DNA from: an uncultured Spirochaetota bacterium | GTDB lineage: Bacteria > Spirochaetota > Spirochaetia > SZUA-6 > CAVTHK01 | Length of the DNA: 64,000 bases | Assembly (NCBI GenBank): GCA_963734495.1 | Contig: CAVTHK010000007.1 | Location: 128,001 to 192,000, forward strand | Direction of reading: 5' to 3' | Shown here: positions 1 through 9,030 of the stretch, piece by piece | How positions within the stretch are numbered: position 1 is the stretch's first letter | How the letters are laid out: each line of letters begins with the position of its first letter | Made by a program: the position numbers and the translations under genes | Notes under the pieces: model-generated | Told to the model about the DNA's origin: nothing | The model's database searches: none | What the model saw: only the letters and a program-made list of their open reading frames with translations

Positions 1-443
1 ACGAGGTCCTTGACCAGGTCGCGGAAGTCCACCCTCTCCTCCGCAGTGAAGAAGAACACCAGCTTCGGCTCCATGAGGAGCTGGTGGGCGCCCACGAGCT
101 TCATCTGCAGGTTGCGCTCCGCGATCTTGTCCTGGCAGACGGCGAACGCGCTCTCGGCCTTCTTGCGGTTGCGCGATTCCTTTTCGAGGTCGTCGACGTC
201 GGCCTTGCGATCGATCTTCAGGATCTCCTGCGTGGCCACCTCGGCGAGGCCATTGACCGTGCCCAGCACGACGCCGAGCGCCTTGCCGTAGCGGGTGGGC
301 ACGATCACGTGGTCGCCCCTCGATATCGCCTCGTCGGACACCGTGTACTCGACGGCGCTCGAGTGCAGCACCTTGACCCTGTACACGGGCGACCCGGCGA
401 GCGCCGCGCGGCCGGTCCGCGCGCCTGTTTCATGCTCTTTCAT
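1..443 (-). CDS. ricT: PSP1-domain protein RicT/YaaT (truncated at window edge)
   Basis: Own translation from ATG at 443: ...GDHVIVPTRYGKALGVV...ERNLQMKLVGAHQLLMEPKLVFFFTAEERVDFRDLVKDL, the PSP1 signature. Absent from the ORF track because it runs off the edge. Confidence 0.85.
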   Translation of the reverse strand, partial: MKEHETGARTGRAALAGSPVYRVKVLHSSAVEYTVSDEAISRGDHVIVPTRYGKALGVVLGTVNGLAEVATQEILKIDRKADVDDLEKESRNRKKAESAFAVCQDKIAERNLQMKLVGAHQLLMEPKLVFFFTAEERVDFRDLVKDL

Positions 444-447
444 CGTC

Positions 448-926
448 TTACGTCACGAGGTCCACGAGGAGGCCGCGGATCTCGTCGATCCGCCGGAGGA
501 TCTCCATCTGATCAGCCTGGCCGGCCAGGACCGCCGACGCCAGGCTCTCGAGCTTCCGGTCGATCACCTCGACCACGGTGAACTTCTTGCGCTTGAGGAT
601 GTTCCCGCCGGAAACATGCTCCTCCACTTCGAGGGCGTGCTTGACCACGTAGGCGAGGAATCGTTTGACGGATTCCCTGAACACCCTGATGTTTTCCAGA
701 GACTGCGATTCGTGCAGCCGCTCTCCGCTCTCGTTGACCTCGTCGAGCAGCTCTTCGAGCGCCTCGCCGGCTTCGGGCGAGTCCAGAAGGCTCGAGAACT
801 CCGCCTCGCGCCGCGCTCGGAGGCGCGCAGCAGAGAGCCGCCGACGCGGCGTCTCTTCTCGACCTTCTTTCGGCGCTCCGGCTCGCGGTGCGGGAAAGCG
901 GAACCCAGCGAATCTACCCGATCCAT
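448..926 (-). CDS. YaaR family (DUF327) protein, split by one indel near 810
   Basis: N-terminus from ORF 564..926 joins frame EFSSLLD...LEELLDEVNESGERL...FRESVKRFLAYVV...RIDEIRGLLVDL (DUF327 C-terminal motif). Confidence 0.75.
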
Positions 927-957
927 TGCTTCCCCACCCGAGAGGAGGGCCCCGGCC

Positions 958-1398
958 TCAGCGGCCGGCGACGCTCTCGATCTCGCGCCTGCCGGCGCCT
1001 GCGGCCCGCCTTGCGCCCGCGGGTTTCGCCTCCGGCATTTCGGGCTGCTCCGCGAGCCCCGTCACGAGGCAGGTGCCGTTGAGGATCACTCCCTCTTCCA
1101 CGACCAGGCGCGGCGCGTGGATGTTGCCCATGAGCATGCCGGTCGACAGGATGATGACCCGGTCGGTGCAGTAGATGTTGCCGAGCACCACGCCGCCGAC
1201 GACGACGGTCTCGGCGTAGATGTTGCACCGCGCGCGGCCGTTGAGGCCGACCAGGATCTTTCCGGGGGTGCGGATCGTCCCCATGAAATCGCCGTCGATC
1301 CGCAGCAGCCCGTTGACTTCGAGCTCGCCCTTGAACCGCGTGCCCTCGCCGATGATGGAGTTCAGCAGGGTGGAGTCTGCTACGTGGTTGTCGCTCAT
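958..1398 (-). CDS. Bactofilin (polymer-forming cytoskeletal protein, CcmA family)
   Basis: SIIGEGTRFKGELEVNGLLRIDGDFMG...GNIHAPRLVVEEGVILNG beta-helix motif. Confidence 0.92.
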   Translation of the reverse strand: MSDNHVADSTLLNSIIGEGTRFKGELEVNGLLRIDGDFMGTIRTPGKILVGLNGRARCNIYAETVVVGGVVLGNIYCTDRVIILSTGMLMGNIHAPRLVVEEGVILNGTCLVTGLAEQPEMPEAKPAGARRAAGAGRREIESVAGR

Positions 1399-1401
1399 GA
1401 T

Positions 1402-2442
1402 CTACTTGCTGAAGGACTTTTCCACCAGAGGGCTCTTGATGTCAAGGAAGGCCATGGGGTCGACGATCTGCGTGCCGATGTGCACCTCGTAGTGCAGGTG
1501 CGGGCCGGTCGAGAGGCCGGTGTTGCCGATGTAGCCCAGGATCTGGCCCCGCGACACCGTCTGTCCCTGGCGCACGGCGAACCGACTGAGATGGCCGTAC
1601 ACCGTCGTAAAGCCGTAGCTGTGGCGCACGTCGACCCGGTTGCCCAGGCCGTTGGGCTCGAACGCGATGGCCTGCACCTTGCCGTTGGCGGTGGCCAGAA
1701 CGGGCGTTCCGGGGCTCCACGCGATGTCGACGCCGTTGTGCAGGCGGAATGCGTGGGTGAACGGCTGTTCTTCGGGCCCGAAGACCGCCGTGATGTTGCC
1801 CTTGCCTCCGCTCACAGGCCAGAGCGTCGGGATGTCGACGAGCAGATCCTTCTGCGCCTTGAGCAGACCCGACATCTGCTCCAGCGGCGCATCTATGCTC
1901 GCCAGGTAAGCCCGGAGGCGCCGGAGCTCGCTGATCTCGCGCGAAGTGCCCTCCTCGAAGGACTCCGCGCCTAGGAACGAGGAGAGGTCGCCGCCGCGGC
2001 CGCCCTTGGAGTATTGCTCCGCCTCGTCGGGGCCGAGGTACTGCAGCAGCCCTCCCATCTGGTAGCGGAACTGCTTCCAGACGCGCTCGAGATTGATGAT
2101 CTCCTCCCGGAGCGTGTCCAGGTTGGTCTCGGCTGTGTTGAGGCTGGCCGACACGCGCGTTATCTGCCGGCTCGCGCTGGTGAAATGCGTCGAGAGCAGG
2201 AAGAACGCGACGATGAGGACCACGAGCAGGGCGAACAGGAAGACAAGGGAAAAGACCGATATGTGGAAATTGAAGATCTTCTTCTCGGAATGCGGGATGA
2301 ACATGACCGTGAAGCGCTGCCGGCCCTTGCGGAAGATGAGGCGAAAGAACGCGAGGACCGATCCGAAAAACGCCCGCAGACGACCGGAGAGGTCGTTGAC
2401 GACATCCTTTTCGAATTTCTTATAGTCATGAGCAGGCGACAC
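1402..2442 (-). CDS. M23 family metalloendopeptidase with N-terminal TM and coiled coil
   Basis: HNGVD, YGHL and STGPHLHYEV motifs; TM segment; GTG start at 2442 with upstream GGGAG RBS. Confidence 0.9.
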   Translation of the reverse strand: MSPAHDYKKFEKDVVNDLSGRLRAFFGSVLAFFRLIFRKGRQRFTVMFIPHSEKKIFNFHISVFSLVFLFALLVVLIVAFFLLSTHFTSASRQITRVSASLNTAETNLDTLREEIINLERVWKQFRYQMGGLLQYLGPDEAEQYSKGGRGGDLSSFLGAESFEEGTSREISELRRLRAYLASIDAPLEQMSGLLKAQKDLLVDIPTLWPVSGGKGNITAVFGPEEQPFTHAFRLHNGVDIAWSPGTPVLATANGKVQAIAFEPNGLGNRVDVRHSYGFTTVYGHLSRFAVRQGQTVSRGQILGYIGNTGLSTGPHLHYEVHIGTQIVDPMAFLDIKSPLVEKSFSK

Positions 2443-2513
2443 GAGGTTCTCCCGTGGCAGTCTGGAGCCCGCAGGCGCCGTGCAGCCTGATACGAACCCC
2501 CAGTTTGAGCGAC

Positions 2514-2542
2514 ATACTAACAAACGCCCCCACGCTTGTCAA
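2514..2542 (-). promoter_or_regulatory. sigma70-type promoter for the M23-bactofilin-yaaR-ricT unit
   Basis: Minus strand TTGACA-17 nt-TAGTAT with TGn extended -10. Confidence 0.7.
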
Positions 2543-2606
2543 ACCGAGCTCTCCCCGCCGCCACGGCGCGACCCCGTCCCCACCTCCGACGCGGTCAGGT
2601 CAAAGG

Positions 2607-2635
2607 TTGACTTCCAGCACGCCATGGGCTATCAT
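2607..2635 (+). promoter_or_regulatory. sigma70-type promoter for tatD
   Basis: TTGACT-17 nt-TATCAT. Confidence 0.6.
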
Positions 2636-2692
2636 CGTTCAAAACTACCGGACGACGCCGCTTCTTCTAATATCGTCAAGCACTGGAGTGAT

Positions 2693-3466
2693 ATGCAGCT
2701 CTTCGACACGCACGCTCACATAGGGCTGATTCATGAAGACCCGATCGAGCAACTCATAGTAGTTCAGGAAGCCAAGCAGGCCGGCGTCGCCAGGATCCTC
2801 AGCATCGCCAACAACCTGCGCGACTTCCAGCAGGTGTACGAGAATCTGCGAACGGCGGACCATGTCTACTACGCGGTAGGGGTGTCGCCGTCCGAGGTGG
2901 TGAACCCCGGCGATGACTGGGAAGCCCGTATTGAAGAAGGCGCCCGCCGCGACAGAGTGCTCGCCATCGGCGAGACGGGCCTGGACTACTATCGCAAGTT
3001 CGGGAGCCGGGACTCGCAGATCGAGCTCTTCATCCGGCAGCTCGACATCGCGCATCGTCTCGACAAGCCGGTGGTCATCCACAACCGCGAGGCCGGGTCC
3101 GACGTCCTCGAGATCCTCAAGGAGAGGCTGCCCCGAAGGGGCGGAGTGCTCCACTGCTACTCCGAGGGCTGGGACTACGCGCGAAAGGCTCTGGATCTGA
3201 ACCTCTACATCTCGTTCGCCGGGAACGTCACGTACCGCAACGCCCGCAACCTGCACGAGACGGCCAAGAACATGCCGATCGAGCGCATGCTGATGGAGAC
3301 GGAGGCGCCGTTCATGGTGCCCTCGGCTCAGCGGGGCAAGCGCAACCGCCCCTCGTTCCTGGTCGAGACGGCCGTCTTCCTCGCGGAGCTCCGCGGGATG
3401 ACGCCGGACGCGCTGGCGGAGACGGTGTTCGCGAACTCCAACCGCCTCTTCGGATTGCCGGCCTGA
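2693..3466 (+). CDS. tatD: TatD family deoxyribonuclease
   Basis: FDTHAH, AIGETGLDYY, VVIHNRE, GVLHCYS and ETEAPF motifs; ATG at 2693 after GGAG. Confidence 0.92.
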   Translation: MQLFDTHAHIGLIHEDPIEQLIVVQEAKQAGVARILSIANNLRDFQQVYENLRTADHVYYAVGVSPSEVVNPGDDWEARIEEGARRDRVLAIGETGLDYYRKFGSRDSQIELFIRQLDIAHRLDKPVVIHNREAGSDVLEILKERLPRRGGVLHCYSEGWDYARKALDLNLYISFAGNVTYRNARNLHETAKNMPIERMLMETEAPFMVPSAQRGKRNRPSFLVETAVFLAELRGMTPDALAETVFANSNRLFGLPA

Positions 3467-3480
3467 GCGCGGTCGACGGC

Positions 3481-3595
3481 CTGGCGCTTGTACCTCCATG
3501 TGCGCGCCAGGCCCGGGACATCACCATGCCGCCTTGCCCGGGCGCTCTACGTCCCCGGTGAGTACACCGGGCCAAGGCGCCTGCAGCGCCCGGGC
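3481..3595 (+). repeat. Structured intergenic repeat (GAGTAC-loop hairpin family), copy 1
   Basis: Outer stem GCCCGGGCGCT(3536)/AGCGCCCGGGC(3595) enclosing CCCGGTG-AGTA-CACCGGG and CCAAGGCGCCTGC; related copies at 15879-16155. Confidence 0.65.
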
Positions 3596-3661
3596 CCGCG
3601 ACCTCCCCGTCGCTTGACCACCGTCGGCGTCGGGTGGTAGATACTAGGGCGGGGAGATTCT

Positions 3662-5056
3662 TTGGGTCAGATCAGGCACTTCTGCGGGATCGCGGGCCTG
3701 AGGTCCGATAGGCCGATCAACGTTCCGGAGAAGCTCTTCTACCTCCTGTTCTCGCTGCAGCACCGCGGGCAGGAAAGCTGCGGCATCTGCTACGAGCGCG
3801 ACGGCCGCCTCGTCACGTACAAGGACGTCGGGATGGTCTCGGACGTCCTGTCCAAGTACCTCGGCGGGCCGCACCTGTCCCGCGTCGGCATCGGGCACGT
3901 GCGCTACTCCACCCAGGGGACCAACAAGATCGAGAACGCCCAGCCGATCACGATCCAGAGCAACAAGGGCGCCTTCTCGCTCGCGCACAACGGCAACATC
4001 TCGAACTCCACGGCGCTGCGCCGCGAGCTGTTCGAGGCCGGCTCCATCTTCCAGGGCAGCTCCGACACCGAGCTCATCCTCCACATGATCGCCCGCTCGC
4101 GCGAGGCGACCTTTCACGAGGCTCTCATCGAGGTTCTGGGGCAGCTCGAGGGCGCCTTCAACCTCATCGTGATTCACGAAGGCAGTCTGTACGCGCTGCG
4201 CGATCCCGGCGGCTTCCGCCCGCTCGTGGTCGGGGAGAGAGAGGGGCAGTTCGTCGTCGCCTCGGAGACCTGCGCCCTCGACATCCTCGGCGTTCAGGAG
4301 CGGCGGGAGGTGGAGCCCGGCGAGCTGCTCGTCATCGACGACCGGGGCATCCACTCGGAGCGCTTCGCCGTGCCGCGGCCGCGGTCGGCCTGCATCTTCG
4401 AGCTCATCTATTTCGCGAGGCCCGATTCGATCGTCTTCAGCCAGTCGGTGCACCTGGCGCGCGAGCGCATGGGCGCCGCGCTCGCCAAGGACGACCCGTT
4501 CCGGACGGACATGGTGATCTCGGTGCCCGACTCGGGGACGAGCGCGGCGCTCGGCTACTCGAAGGCGGCCGGGATCCCGCTCGAGTTCGGCTTCATGCGC
4601 AATCACTACGCCGGCCGCACATTCATCCAGCCGACGACCCCGGCCAGGGAGCTCGGCGTCCGGATGAAGCTGCACCCGGTGCGCGAGGTCGTCCAGGGCA
4701 AACGGGTCACGATCGTGGACGACTCCCTCGTGCGGGGCACCACCGCCAGGATCATCGTCAAGCTCCTGCGCGAGGCCGGGGCGCGCGAAGTGCACTTGCG
4801 CCTCTCGGCCCCCGAGCTCGTCAACCCCTGCTACTTCGGCATCGACATCCCGACCCGCGAGGAGCTTATCTCGAACCGTTTGAGCCCGGAGGAGATCGCG
4901 CGTGAGATCGGGGCGGATTCCGTGCGCTTCCTCTCCCTGCGCGCCCTGCTCGCGTGCTTCGACGAGTCCGATGGCTTCTGCCACGCCTGTTTCAGCGGGC
5001 GTTACCCCATAGCCGTGGAGGGGAGCGATGCCAGACATGCCGCCGCGAAGCTATAG
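3662..5056 (+). CDS. purF: Amidophosphoribosyltransferase
   Basis: Short propeptide then CGIAG; LQHRGQE, GHVRYST, AHNGN, VDDSLVRGTT (PRPP loop); C-terminal CHACFSGRYP. Confidence 0.96.
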   Translation: MGQIRHFCGIAGLRSDRPINVPEKLFYLLFSLQHRGQESCGICYERDGRLVTYKDVGMVSDVLSKYLGGPHLSRVGIGHVRYSTQGTNKIENAQPITIQSNKGAFSLAHNGNISNSTALRRELFEAGSIFQGSSDTELILHMIARSREATFHEALIEVLGQLEGAFNLIVIHEGSLYALRDPGGFRPLVVGEREGQFVVASETCALDILGVQERREVEPGELLVIDDRGIHSERFAVPRPRSACIFELIYFARPDSIVFSQSVHLARERMGAALAKDDPFRTDMVISVPDSGTSAALGYSKAAGIPLEFGFMRNHYAGRTFIQPTTPARELGVRMKLHPVREVVQGKRVTIVDDSLVRGTTARIIVKLLREAGAREVHLRLSAPELVNPCYFGIDIPTREELISNRLSPEEIAREIGADSVRFLSLRALLACFDESDGFCHACFSGRYPIAVEGSDARHAAAKL

Positions 5057-5996
5057 GGAGGCCGGGGTCGACATCGATCGGGCCGACAGCCTGGTCGATT
5101 TCATCAAGGGCCTGAAGTCGCGCGCGATCTCGTCCCAGATCGGCGGCTTTTCGGGGGCCGTTCCCCTCAGCCTGAAAGGCATCAAGGACCCGCTCCTGCT
5201 CACCACCTGTGACGGCGTCGGGACGAAGCTGCTCGTGGCCAGGCATCTCGGCCGCTACGATACCGTCGGCATCGACCTCGTCGCCATGTCCGTCAACGAC
5301 CTGGCCGTCTGCGGCGCGGATCCCATTTCGTTCCAGGACTACATCGCGTGCGGCCGCCTCGACGAAACGATCCTGGAACCGGTCCTGCGAGGCATCGCGG
5401 CCGGGTGCGAGCTGGCCGATTGCCCTCTCACCGGCGGCGAGACCGCGGAGCTGCCCGGGATGTACGCGGACGGCGACATCGACCTCGCCGGGTTCTGCGC
5501 GGGCGTCGTCGACCGCTCGGCCCTCCTGCCCCGGCTTTCGGAGATCCGCGAAGGGGACGCGGTCCTTGCCATCCCGTCGACGGGCATCCACTCCAACGGG
5601 TTCTCGCTCGCGCGCAAGGTCCTGGACCCCGACACCGAGTGGGCCGAGCTGCTCACACCGACACGCATCTACGTGCGGGAGCTGCGCGCCCTGCGCGCGA
5701 CGGGCGCGCTTCTCGCCGCGGCCCACATCACCGGCAGCGGGTTGGAGGGCAACATTCCGCGCGTGCTTCCCCCGGGGCTCACCGCCGACCTCGACTACAG
5801 GTGGCCTGTCCCGGAGGTTTTCGGACGCATCCAGCGCAAGGGGCGCATCTCCGACGAGGAGATGCGGCGGGTGTTCAACCTCGGGCTGGGCATCGTGCTG
5901 GTCACACCGGCGGCGTCCGTCCCACGCATGCACCAGGCCGCGGAAAAGGCGGGCTTCTCTCTGCTGGAGGCCGGCCGCATCGCGGCAGTTCGATAG
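5028..5996 (+). CDS. purM: Phosphoribosylformylglycinamidine cyclo-ligase (AIR synthetase)
   Basis: SYREAGVDID, DGVGTKL, GGETAELPG, GIHSNGFSLARK, HITGSG. Confidence 0.95.
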   Translation: MPDMPPRSYREAGVDIDRADSLVDFIKGLKSRAISSQIGGFSGAVPLSLKGIKDPLLLTTCDGVGTKLLVARHLGRYDTVGIDLVAMSVNDLAVCGADPISFQDYIACGRLDETILEPVLRGIAAGCELADCPLTGGETAELPGMYADGDIDLAGFCAGVVDRSALLPRLSEIREGDAVLAIPSTGIHSNGFSLARKVLDPDTEWAELLTPTRIYVRELRALRATGALLAAAHITGSGLEGNIPRVLPPGLTADLDYRWPVPEVFGRIQRKGRISDEEMRRVFNLGLGIVLVTPAASVPRMHQAAEKAGFSLLEAGRIAAVR

Positions 5997-6051
5997 GACC
6001 GGCGGGGTCCGGCTTCGCGCCGCCGTTCGGTCAATTCTGGAGGTACGCACA

Positions 6052-7305
6052 TTGAGGGCACTCATAGTCGGATCGGGCGCGCGCGAGCACGCCCTGGCCT
6101 GGGCCTTCTCGAAAAGCACGCGGCTCTCGGCCCTCTACATAGCTCCCGGCAACGCGGGCACCGCGGAGGTCGGCACGAACATCCCTGACCTCGACCCGCT
6201 CACCTTCAGGTCCGTGGTCGACGCGTGCAGGGAGCACCAGATCACCGCCGTGATCGTAGGTCCCGAGGACCCCCTGGCTGCCGGCCTGGTGGACGAGCTC
6301 ACGGCTTCGGGGATCCCCGTCCTCGGCCCCCCGCGCCGGGCGGCGCAGCTGGAGGCGAGCAAGGTCTTCTCCAAGCAGTTCATGCAGCGCCATCGGATCC
6401 CGACGGCCGCGGCGGCCACGGTGACGAAGCGCCAGGATCTGGAGGCGGCGCTCGAGCGGCTGCAGGGCACCGCCGTGCTCAAGCAGGACGGCCTGGCGGC
6501 GGGCAAGGGCGTGCTCGCCTCCGACGACAGGTCCATGCTCTATGAGTTCGGCAAGGAGGCGCTGGAGAAGGGTCCTGTGCTCGTCGAGGAGTTCCTCGAG
6601 GGATACGAGCTGTCGGTCTTCGTCCTGATGGACGGCGACAACTTCTCCCTGCTCCCGCCATGCGCCGACTTCAAAAAGGCGGGCGAGGGAGACACGGGTC
6701 CCAACACCGGCGGGATGGGCTCCATCTGTCCCGTGCCGTGGGTCGAGAACGCGGTGATCAACGAGATAGAGACCCGCGTCGTGATGCCCACGCTCGCTGG
6801 CATGAAGGAAGAGGGGCTCGCCTACAAGGGCATCCTCTACTGCGGGCTGATGGTCACGAAGAAGGGTCCGAGGGTCCTCGAGTACAACGTGCGCCTCGGC
6901 GACCCCGAGACGCAGGCCCTCCTCCCGCTGATCCAGTCGGATTTCGGGAACCTCGTCGACGCGCTCCTCGGCGGAACGCTCATCAAGTTCGGCATTTCGT
7001 TCAAGCCGCTCGCCGCCACGGCTGTCGTGGTCGCCAGCGCGGGCTACCCCGGACCCTATCGGAAAGGGGTGCCGGTGGAGGGCGTCCCGCAGCCCGGCGA
7101 GAACGAGGGGCTCCTCTTCCACGCCACGACGCTCGCGGATCGCCTGGGCCGGCTCCTGACCGGCGGGGGCCGTTGTTTCACGGTGGTAGGCCTGGGGAAC
7201 GACACCATGAGCGCCACGGAAAAAGCCTACGCCCTGGCACCGCAGGTCCGCTTCGAGGGCGCCTGGTTCAGGCCCGACATCGGCCGCAAGCTGTACGCGG
7301 AGTGA
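6052..7305 (+). CDS. purD: Phosphoribosylamine-glycine ligase
   Basis: GSGAREHALAW, APGNAG, DGLAAGKGV, GDTGPNTGGMG, EYNVRLGDPETQ; TTG start after GGAGG. Confidence 0.95.
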   Translation: MRALIVGSGAREHALAWAFSKSTRLSALYIAPGNAGTAEVGTNIPDLDPLTFRSVVDACREHQITAVIVGPEDPLAAGLVDELTASGIPVLGPPRRAAQLEASKVFSKQFMQRHRIPTAAAATVTKRQDLEAALERLQGTAVLKQDGLAAGKGVLASDDRSMLYEFGKEALEKGPVLVEEFLEGYELSVFVLMDGDNFSLLPPCADFKKAGEGDTGPNTGGMGSICPVPWVENAVINEIETRVVMPTLAGMKEEGLAYKGILYCGLMVTKKGPRVLEYNVRLGDPETQALLPLIQSDFGNLVDALLGGTLIKFGISFKPLAATAVVVASAGYPGPYRKGVPVEGVPQPGENEGLLFHATTLADRLGRLLTGGGRCFTVVGLGNDTMSATEKAYALAPQVRFEGAWFRPDIGRKLYAE

Positions 7306-7323
7306 TTCGCGCGCCGGGCGGCG

Positions 7324-8112
7324 CTACCGCGCGTCCGTCGGCGGCTGTTTGCCCGCGCCGGCGGCGCGCGGCTTCCGGCTCGCAGCGCCCGCGGCGTGCT
7401 TCTGCTGGCGACGCACCTCGTACATGAGGATGGCCGCGGCCACGGACACGTTGAAGGAATCGACGTGCCCGGAAGCCGGGATCCCCAGCAGCCGGTCGCA
7501 GGATTCTCTGACCAGCCTGTGGAGACCGCCGCCCTCCGCGCCCAGCGCCAACGCGACGCGGCCGCGAAGGTCGACGCCCGCGGGGTCTTCCCCCCCGGCC
7601 TCGGCCCCGTAGACCCAGAAGCCCGCCTCTTTCAGGGTGGCGACAGCCTGGGCGAGATTGGCGACCGAGACGATCGGCACCCACTCGACGGCGCCGGCGC
7701 TGGTCGTGCGGACGGCCTGCGTTTCGTGGGCGCTGCGACGGTGCGTCGTCACGATCGCGTCCACTCCGAAGAGGTCCGCCGAGCGCACGATGGCGCCGAG
7801 ATTTCTCGGATCGGTCACGGTGTCCATCAGCAGGACGAGCGACTGCTCGCCCGAGCGCGCGGCAACCTCCCGGAGCGAGGCACCGGGCCGGGCGCCCTCG
7901 GGGGCGAGGAGCACGATGCCCCTGTGCTCATCGCGCGGGGCGTGCCGGTCCAGCTCCCCGAGCGCAACCCGCTTGACGGCGATCCCCCGCCGCCCGGCCA
8001 GCTCCGCGAGCCGCTCGATCCTCGGCGAGGTGCGGCCGACGAGCAGGACCCCGCCTGCCCCGCCGCGGTCCAGTGCCGCCTCGATCGCATGGTAGCCGGT
8101 GATCGGCGTCAT
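7324..8112 (-). CDS. rlmB: 23S rRNA (Gm2251) 2'-O-methyltransferase, TrmH/SpoU family
   Basis: VTDPRNLGAIVRSA, LGAEGGGL and DSFNVSVAAAILMYE SPOUT motifs. Confidence 0.9.
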   Translation of the reverse strand: MTPITGYHAIEAALDRGGAGGVLLVGRTSPRIERLAELAGRRGIAVKRVALGELDRHAPRDEHRGIVLLAPEGARPGASLREVAARSGEQSLVLLMDTVTDPRNLGAIVRSADLFGVDAIVTTHRRSAHETQAVRTTSAGAVEWVPIVSVANLAQAVATLKEAGFWVYGAEAGGEDPAGVDLRGRVALALGAEGGGLHRLVRESCDRLLGIPASGHVDSFNVSVAAAILMYEVRRQQKHAAGAASRKPRAAGAGKQPPTDAR

Positions 8113-8534
8113 TTTCTCTTCGTGTAGTCCTTGATCACGTCCATGATCCCGTCGAAGTCGCTGTCGCGCTCCATCTTCTCGATGTAAAGGCCGTCTTTGA
8201 GGTAGACCCGCAGGTCGATCTTCCCGTCGAAGTTGCTGTCGACTTCCCGGCGCTTGAGCTTCCCGCCTTCATAAAAATAGAAGTCATCCATCGCGCCGTC
8301 CAGGTTGTAGTCGTATTCCTCGGTTTCGAGGCGGTCGGCGCCGGCGTACTTGACCAGAGCGTCGACGCGGCCGTCGAAGTTGGTGTCGGCCCGGTACTCC
8401 ACCAGCTGTCCGTTGGCGATCACGAACCAGTGGTCGGGCTTGCCGTCGCCGTTTTCGTCGCTCGTGCGAAGCTCAGTGGCCAGAGCGGAGGCCGCGGCGA
8501 GGACGAGCCCGAGGCCGATGATGACCTTCCTCAA
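8109..8534 (-). CDS. Secreted protein with five DxN/DxDGxxD calcium-binding-like repeats
   Basis: Signal peptide; DENGDGKPD, DTNFDGRVD, DYNLDGAMD, DSNFDGKID, DSDFDGIMD; AAGGAG RBS before TTG. Confidence 0.75.
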   Translation of the reverse strand: MRKVIIGLGLVLAAASALATELRTSDENGDGKPDHWFVIANGQLVEYRADTNFDGRVDALVKYAGADRLETEEYDYNLDGAMDDFYFYEGGKLKRREVDSNFDGKIDLRVYLKDGLYIEKMERDSDFDGIMDVIKDYTKRK

Positions 8535-8661
8535 GATGGCTCCTTTCTGCGGGCGGTCTGCCCTGGATGTCCGGAGACGCCGGTCCCCGACGCACTCATA
8601 TGATCGACAGTCGTCCCCATTAGGAATAGCGCGCGAGAGGCGCGCGGAGCGAATCGCCTCC

Positions 8662-9030
8662 TCAGGGAAGAAGGTCGAGGAGCATCCGGTAGAGCTCCGG
8701 GCTCGCGTGGGCCCGCGCGCTCTCCATGAGCGGCGGGATCTGCTTTTCTATCTTGCGGTAAGCGATCACGCTGCGCGACGGGTCGTAGCGGCGCAGCTGT
8801 CCCTTGATCCGCGTGACCGATGGCCCGAATCGTTTCATGTAGCCCGCGACCGCTTCGGCCGCCCGCTCGCGGTCGCCGACGGGCGTCCGCTCGATCAGCC
8901 GCTCGACCGCGGCCACATGCCGCGCGAGCTGCCGCTCGGGGTCCCCGGGCGACAGCGGCTGCACGAGCAGCCCCAAGCCGATGCCCACCGCGAGATAGAT
9001 CCTGCCTGCCCCGTCCAGCACCTCAGCCAC
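8662..9030 (-). CDS. Hypothetical protein (122 aa), coupled downstream of mrfB
   Basis: Start overlaps the stop of the upstream gene; normal amino-acid composition compared with the overlapping shadow ORFs. Confidence 0.6.
   Translation of the reverse strand: MAEVLDGAGRIYLAVGIGLGLLVQPLSPGDPERQLARHVAAVERLIERTPVGDRERAAEAVAGYMKRFGPSVTRIKGQLRRYDPSRSVIAYRKIEKQIPPLMESARAHASPELYRMLLDLLP

Noticed and set aside
3467-3600. ZTP or PRPP riboswitch upstream of purF
   Set aside because: Only short resemblances (CTGGCG, GCCGCC..GCCCGGGC); core motifs are missing. A likely purF promoter (TTGACC at 3614) lies downstream, and the sequence belongs to the dispersed repeat family.
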